From NCBI GenBank assembly GCA_047495785.1, contig JBLDXI010000019.1:744001-808000 (forward strand): 64,000 bases of DNA. The letters run 5' to 3'. The notes beneath the pieces were generated by a model. The model ran no database searches, had not been told where the DNA came from, and saw only the letters and a list, made by a program, of their open reading frames with translations. The translations under genes and the position numbers were made by a program. Shown piece after piece: positions 59,135 to 64,000 of the stretch (the stretch's first letter is position 1; each line of letters begins with the position of its first letter). Source of the DNA: Lepidodermella squamata. Lineage: Eukaryota; Animalia; Gastrotricha.

Positions 59135-61088
59135 CGCATCAAAATATAGTAAATTTTTCGAAAAATCTAAATGACTTTCATGATGAGTAAAAAATAAATT
59201 TCATTTTTTTTCAATTTAAGCCACGTTCTCATGCTAAAATATATATAGAAATAAAATTTCGATTAATTATGGAAACAAGGAATCAGGCTGATTATTACTG
59301 ATTTTGAGAGTCTGAGGTGAGTTGATCAGACGAAAGGTGTCAAATTGAGCGCGAGAGATGTAGGTCAAGGCGCGCGGATTTCAAATACTCATTAAGGCTT
59401 TTCCTTGACCCACATTAAATGAATCTACTCAGTTAAGATTTTGAGGCAATGAAATCTATTTTAGTCTTCAAATCACTAATATGGTTTCTTGATGTTATCG
59501 TTTATAGTTGAATTCACGAGTAATGACTGCTTTCTATTGAATAAAGTGAAAAAATTGCGGTATTTTGACATATTTAGGAGGGTTTAAGCTGAAATTGTCT
59601 GGCATATATCATCACTAATGTGTCAAAAATCGGCGTCAGAAATCGCTCTGAGAGCCGCGCTGTTCTACTTTCATCAGCCGCTGATGAATGAGAGTGGTTA
59701 AAAAATGATCGGAAGAGGCTATACTCAATAAAACAAGTAGACAACGAGCGGATAGTAATAAGCGATTTAGCAATGAAAATCGTCCGAGGATGCGTCTTTC
59801 GGGATTCGCAATACTCGCGCGCGCTGGTGTATGAATATCCGGGCGCAATAAAAATCGCCGTAATTATGATGATCGGGGGGTCTAGTCATTTTTACGGCCG
59901 AGACTGTTATTCGAACACAACCAGTGCCCGAGCGGAACACCGGCGCCGCTGCTTGATGTTAATGCACGCGTGGAGGCATGGCGCCGATGTTTCGCAAGAT
60001 TACCCTCATCCACCGCTATTTTCCAATGTCGGCCGAAAACAAAAACAACACAAAAGCTTTCAGATGCGCGGCAAGTCAAGTCTATTCAAAGTTACCCAGT
60101 CAAATCTTGTATACACAAAAACTGCGTTAATGGTGTAATACCCATTCGAATATCAGGTAGTAAATGAGCTCAAGTAGTAAGCTCATACACTGCGATCGAA
60201 CAGCAAACACAGCGCAGAGTCAAGTTGTTTTATTGCGGCGCTTTTGTTTTCCTCATGGGTGGTTCCGAAAAATAAGCCGCCACATATCACGCGTGTTGCG
60301 GCCGGATATGTGATTAACAATAATCGACTGCACCTGTGAATGTGCTGGCGCCGCTGATGAGAATATTTCTTTGCGCGCTTATCGAAACATCGATGCACAT
60401 AATATTATCGGCATAATTCGTAATTTTTACAGATAATATATAGGACAGTGAAAATATGGCCGCTGGTCATTCCAATAACCTGAACAAGCTGAATAATTGA
60501 ACAATAAAGCATAGTCGCTTTGGAACTGGGAAATAGGCAATGTGAATAATTGTAATTATTTCATGTAAGAAATTTCATGTAAGATTGAACGAATCGTAAT
60601 CCAAGAAAATACCGATTTACCGAATTATAGTTTTACTTTACTTTTTTAACGACCATTTCCAGAAAAATAATTGCTTGCCTGGCTTAGATCGCTGCAAAAA
60701 CGGTAGTTAAATCTTAGGAAGGATAAGGTCCTGCGTAATAATTCGGTATATACGGTGTATGTACCTAGGAATAAATGGCTCCATTTGAAGGAATAAAGGA
60801 TTATTTGTCCTTATTTTTTTTAATAATTTATTAATTTTTCATCTCATTAACTAGAGAACTTGAAGATTCACTTGAGTCTCAACTCCATAGTCAATTAATG
60901 AATTAATTAATGCTAATTATTTCCGAATTTTCAGCTAAAAAATTCGTGGTTATCTTTATTTTATCAACGCTAGTTACGTTATCATCAAAAACGCTATACG
61001 CTGCGGTTTTTTTTATGTTTTTTATTTGAAACAACATCGCCTGTTGATAAAGGTATAATTACCGAGCTCATTTTTTGTGCCTACAAAA

Positions 61089-62246
61089 ATGACAGGACAA
61101 TTTGAGGAATTAGCCAAATTATATTCCATCCGATTAAGCCGCAATGATGCAAATGACTTGGCGGCGATCGCTCGGCTCGAACTCGAATGCGCCCAAGGCA
61201 CGGATATGAAATTCTGCTTCCAATCAGAAAAGCCTCGAACGGACAAATTTGACGAGGCAATCACAATTTTCGCTGAGACACGGACAGACTGCCACATTGT
61301 CGGCCTATTTGCCGGCAATATTCGCCGCGTTCAAATCGAACCGGGCCGATTTGAACTAGTTTCTTGGATGTGCAGCCTTCGCATCGACCCAAATCATCGA
61401 CGGGGCGGTCTGGCTTTTTACCTAATCAGAGAACTTGAATCGCTCTTAGCGAAACGAGGTGTCACTTTCGTGTATTGCGGGACTTCGCGTGACAATGAGC
61501 CGTCATTCAGGTTGTTCCTAAAAGCTGGCTATTCTCACCTATTCACGAGCGAATTTCAAGGCATTAACATCGCCCATAACTTGGCTTTATTGCCGCCTGA
61601 AAATCACTGGGCTCAGTATGGTATTAAAACGGAAAAACTGGATTTCCAACAAACAGAACAATTTAGGGCAAAACATTTTTCGCACTCCTTCTTCTATCCA
61701 GACATCGCGGCAAATCCTATTAAAAGCAACGTCTACATCGCTAAGATGAATGATGACGAATACGTCGCATTTGACGTGGCTTCAATAGCGGATGAGTGGA
61801 ATTTTGTTGAAGTTTCGCTCCGTTTCCGGTTGATTTGTCTAATTTATACAATTTTAAATTTTCTGTTCCCGCGATGGTTTGAGAAGCCGTTGCCTTTTGG
61901 TCATCCATGGGTGCTTTACTGGGCCCTTCCATGGGTGGTTGAAGCGAAATCGCAAGAAAATAAGCGAAGACTGATGCAAGCTGCGGTTGCGTTTGCGACT
62001 CGAGATTTGGCTGAGACAAAAAAAGCAGATGTTCTGTCATTGTCCTTGACACGAATCATGTCCAACCTGAGCGAGGAAGACGCTGAACTGGCCAAATCTT
62101 GTTTAGGGTTGTCGAAAACAGTTTTCCATGGGGCAGGGACAAGATTTTTGGGACGTAGCCTGAAACGTGACGAGAAGGAAGCGGCTTCGATGGAAAATTT
62201 CATCAAGAAACAGCCTTTTTGGTTTATTGATGGTAAAGAAATATAG
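61089..62246 (+). CDS. GNAT-family N-acetyltransferase (HOOKLESS1-like architecture), intronless
   Basis: Acetyl-CoA motif LRIDPNHRRGGLA; GTSRDNEPSFRLFLKAGY; ~385 aa with a long C-terminal extension. Confidence 0.75.
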   Translation: MTGQFEELAKLYSIRLSRNDANDLAAIARLELECAQGTDMKFCFQSEKPRTDKFDEAITIFAETRTDCHIVGLFAGNIRRVQIEPGRFELVSWMCSLRIDPNHRRGGLAFYLIRELESLLAKRGVTFVYCGTSRDNEPSFRLFLKAGYSHLFTSEFQGINIAHNLALLPPENHWAQYGIKTEKLDFQQTEQFRAKHFSHSFFYPDIAANPIKSNVYIAKMNDDEYVAFDVASIADEWNFVEVSLRFRLICLIYTILNFLFPRWFEKPLPFGHPWVLYWALPWVVEAKSQENKRRLMQAAVAFATRDLAETKKADVLSLSLTRIMSNLSEEDAELAKSCLGLSKTVFHGAGTRFLGRSLKRDEKEAASMENFIKKQPFWFIDGKEI

Positions 62247-62351
62247 TTCAAAGGCTGAAGAGGTGAGTGCAATGTGGCATGAAAATAAAATATCCTCCTT
62301 AAACATAAAAATTCGATCTATTCGATTCTCTTTTTTCTAACCAATTTACCT

Positions 62352-63518
62352 ATGATGTTTCATTTCGACGAAGAGGTTACATCACCTCTTGAGATCACAT
62401 TTTGCCGCGAAGAAGCTGCATTGCGAAATGCCGGGAAGCCCTTTTTCAGTAATTTTCGAAAAATATCTCAAACCGCAGCCACTGAGAGGAAGAAACTGCT
62501 CGAGCTGATTGAATCAGCCAATGAAACATCTATTTCAAGTCAAGATGGCCAACCGAAGATGCGGTTGAAATTAAGAGAGGATCTGTTGCCTCGAAATTAT
62601 ACTGCATATCACATGAATTTCGCGTTTTATCTTCGCCATTGCTGGGGCTATCATTTAGGCGCAGTCATTCGACCTGATGTCATTTATTTCACAATTGTCA
62701 ATCAAATTGCTAAGCATTTATTCAGGCGAAAGTTGGTGAATTCGCTATCTAACCCTGATGATATTAGAAAGAACTTGCAAGTCGAAGGTCCATTAGCTAT
62801 GGATGAAGACGGGATAATTGACCTGAACGACATTATCAAAGAGTTAAGCGTATTGATTCCTGGCGATCATTCCGATCTAATGATTGCGTTCTCAACTGAT
62901 TCCCAAATTTCATTCGAAGCTCGGATTGCTTCATTTTGCGAGATATCCTCGCCTTATTATTCGGAGATGAAGGTCTTTTGCGGGATCCCGAAAATCAGGC
63001 TCGAGGGTTCGGCCCAAGATTGGGCGAACCTAGTTCGAGCAATTGATTACTGGCAAAACACGGATCTGGACGAACATTTTAAAGTTAGCTACTTGAGGAC
63101 AATCCACGCGATTTGCACGCGAATTCTCGATGATGTCGAAACAAAAACAATGACGCCTGATTTTTGGCGCCGGTTGTATTGCGAGGAAAGATGCGGATCG
63201 GGTGGTTCTGTTGTTACCGGATGGATCTGCGAGCTGTTCAACATACCCCGCCGGCAGGGTATTGAACGCTTTAAAGGTGATTTCACGAGGCTAGAATGGC
63301 TTGTTCGAGGGAATAGCGGTAAATTCAAGAGGATGGTGGCACATCACGGCTTGTTTTCGTCCAGGTACAACAAGGTCATTGATTGTTTAGTGCCGGAATT
63401 TTCGCGGCTGATCTATGAGATAAAGCCGAAGCGCCGCCGGTTTTACAGGTCCTTAGTCAATAGATTTCGCAGATTAGGAGCTTGCAACGCCGATGATAAT
63501 AAACATTCGACTGATTGA
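62352..63518 (+). CDS. DUF4419-like protein, intronless
   Basis: HLGAVIRPDVIYFTI, FSTD, CGIPKIRLEGSAQDW, FW...GSGG...TGWI match motifs recalled for DUF4419. Confidence 0.75.
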   Translation: MMFHFDEEVTSPLEITFCREEAALRNAGKPFFSNFRKISQTAATERKKLLELIESANETSISSQDGQPKMRLKLREDLLPRNYTAYHMNFAFYLRHCWGYHLGAVIRPDVIYFTIVNQIAKHLFRRKLVNSLSNPDDIRKNLQVEGPLAMDEDGIIDLNDIIKELSVLIPGDHSDLMIAFSTDSQISFEARIASFCEISSPYYSEMKVFCGIPKIRLEGSAQDWANLVRAIDYWQNTDLDEHFKVSYLRTIHAICTRILDDVETKTMTPDFWRRLYCEERCGSGGSVVTGWICELFNIPRRQGIERFKGDFTRLEWLVRGNSGKFKRMVAHHGLFSSRYNKVIDCLVPEFSRLIYEIKPKRRRFYRSLVNRFRRLGACNADDNKHSTD

Positions 63519-64000
63519 TGGTTTCAACTTTTTGAAAAAAAAATTCAGAAATTTATTCAAATTTTACCTCTCTGATTGACATGATTGGAAAAATACCTGT
63601 TACTACTTTCATATTTTTATTGGGAAAATGGTCAGTTGTTTCTAACAAAGTACATAGTACAGCAACAAGGCTTCGATATTTTTTAATAGCTTGATAATCA
63701 AATTTCACTAGAATATAATGACTCAGCTTATATAAGCTGGTTGAAGAGCTTTGAAATTAATGCATTCTTGATTCTTCAGTTCAAAAATTAGGGTCTAAGG
63801 AGGCAAGTCGGAACAAAAATGTTTAGGACCATCTACACCTGAATCCTTTTACTATAAGTTAATATAAGTTAATTGAAGAACATGAGATTAGATAATATCG
63901 CGTCAGAACACTACACTCTAATAAAAATTCGATTTGTTTATCACTGGTTTAACCAGGTTAAAATACCAGGATCCGCGAGAAAAGCATGCCAAGCGAGCCG

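Overview
Gene-dense eukaryotic (metazoan, invertebrate-like) DNA with many short GT-AG introns of about 48-60 nt; the taxon cannot be determined from the sequence. I spliced about 20 protein genes by hand. Recognisable genes are BTBD9-like, a TRIM37-type RING/NHL protein, Pellino-like, TFG, FoxK, SMEK/PPP4R3, PLA2G15/LCAT-like, GPATCH1, RSK plus two truncated single-kinase-domain RSK duplicates, two nAChR-like Cys-loop subunits, a four-domain C-type lectin, an HLS1-like GNAT and a DUF4419-like protein. The main candidate novel system is a five-gene family of single-pass membrane proteins (50-3736 and 12326-16132). Three members carry a shared ectodomain and two have almost none. All five cytoplasmic tails keep two tandem motifs resembling dynein light chain LC8 binding sites (xxQT[DE]F and Dxx[TM][MN]TK), and three genes share a 20-21 bp upstream ETS/forkhead-like element. 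Other points of interest are a candidate structured ncRNA at about 33.37-33.52 kb, operon-like ~105 bp gene spacing at two places, and three MITE-like elements. All family assignments come from recalled motifs, not database searches.
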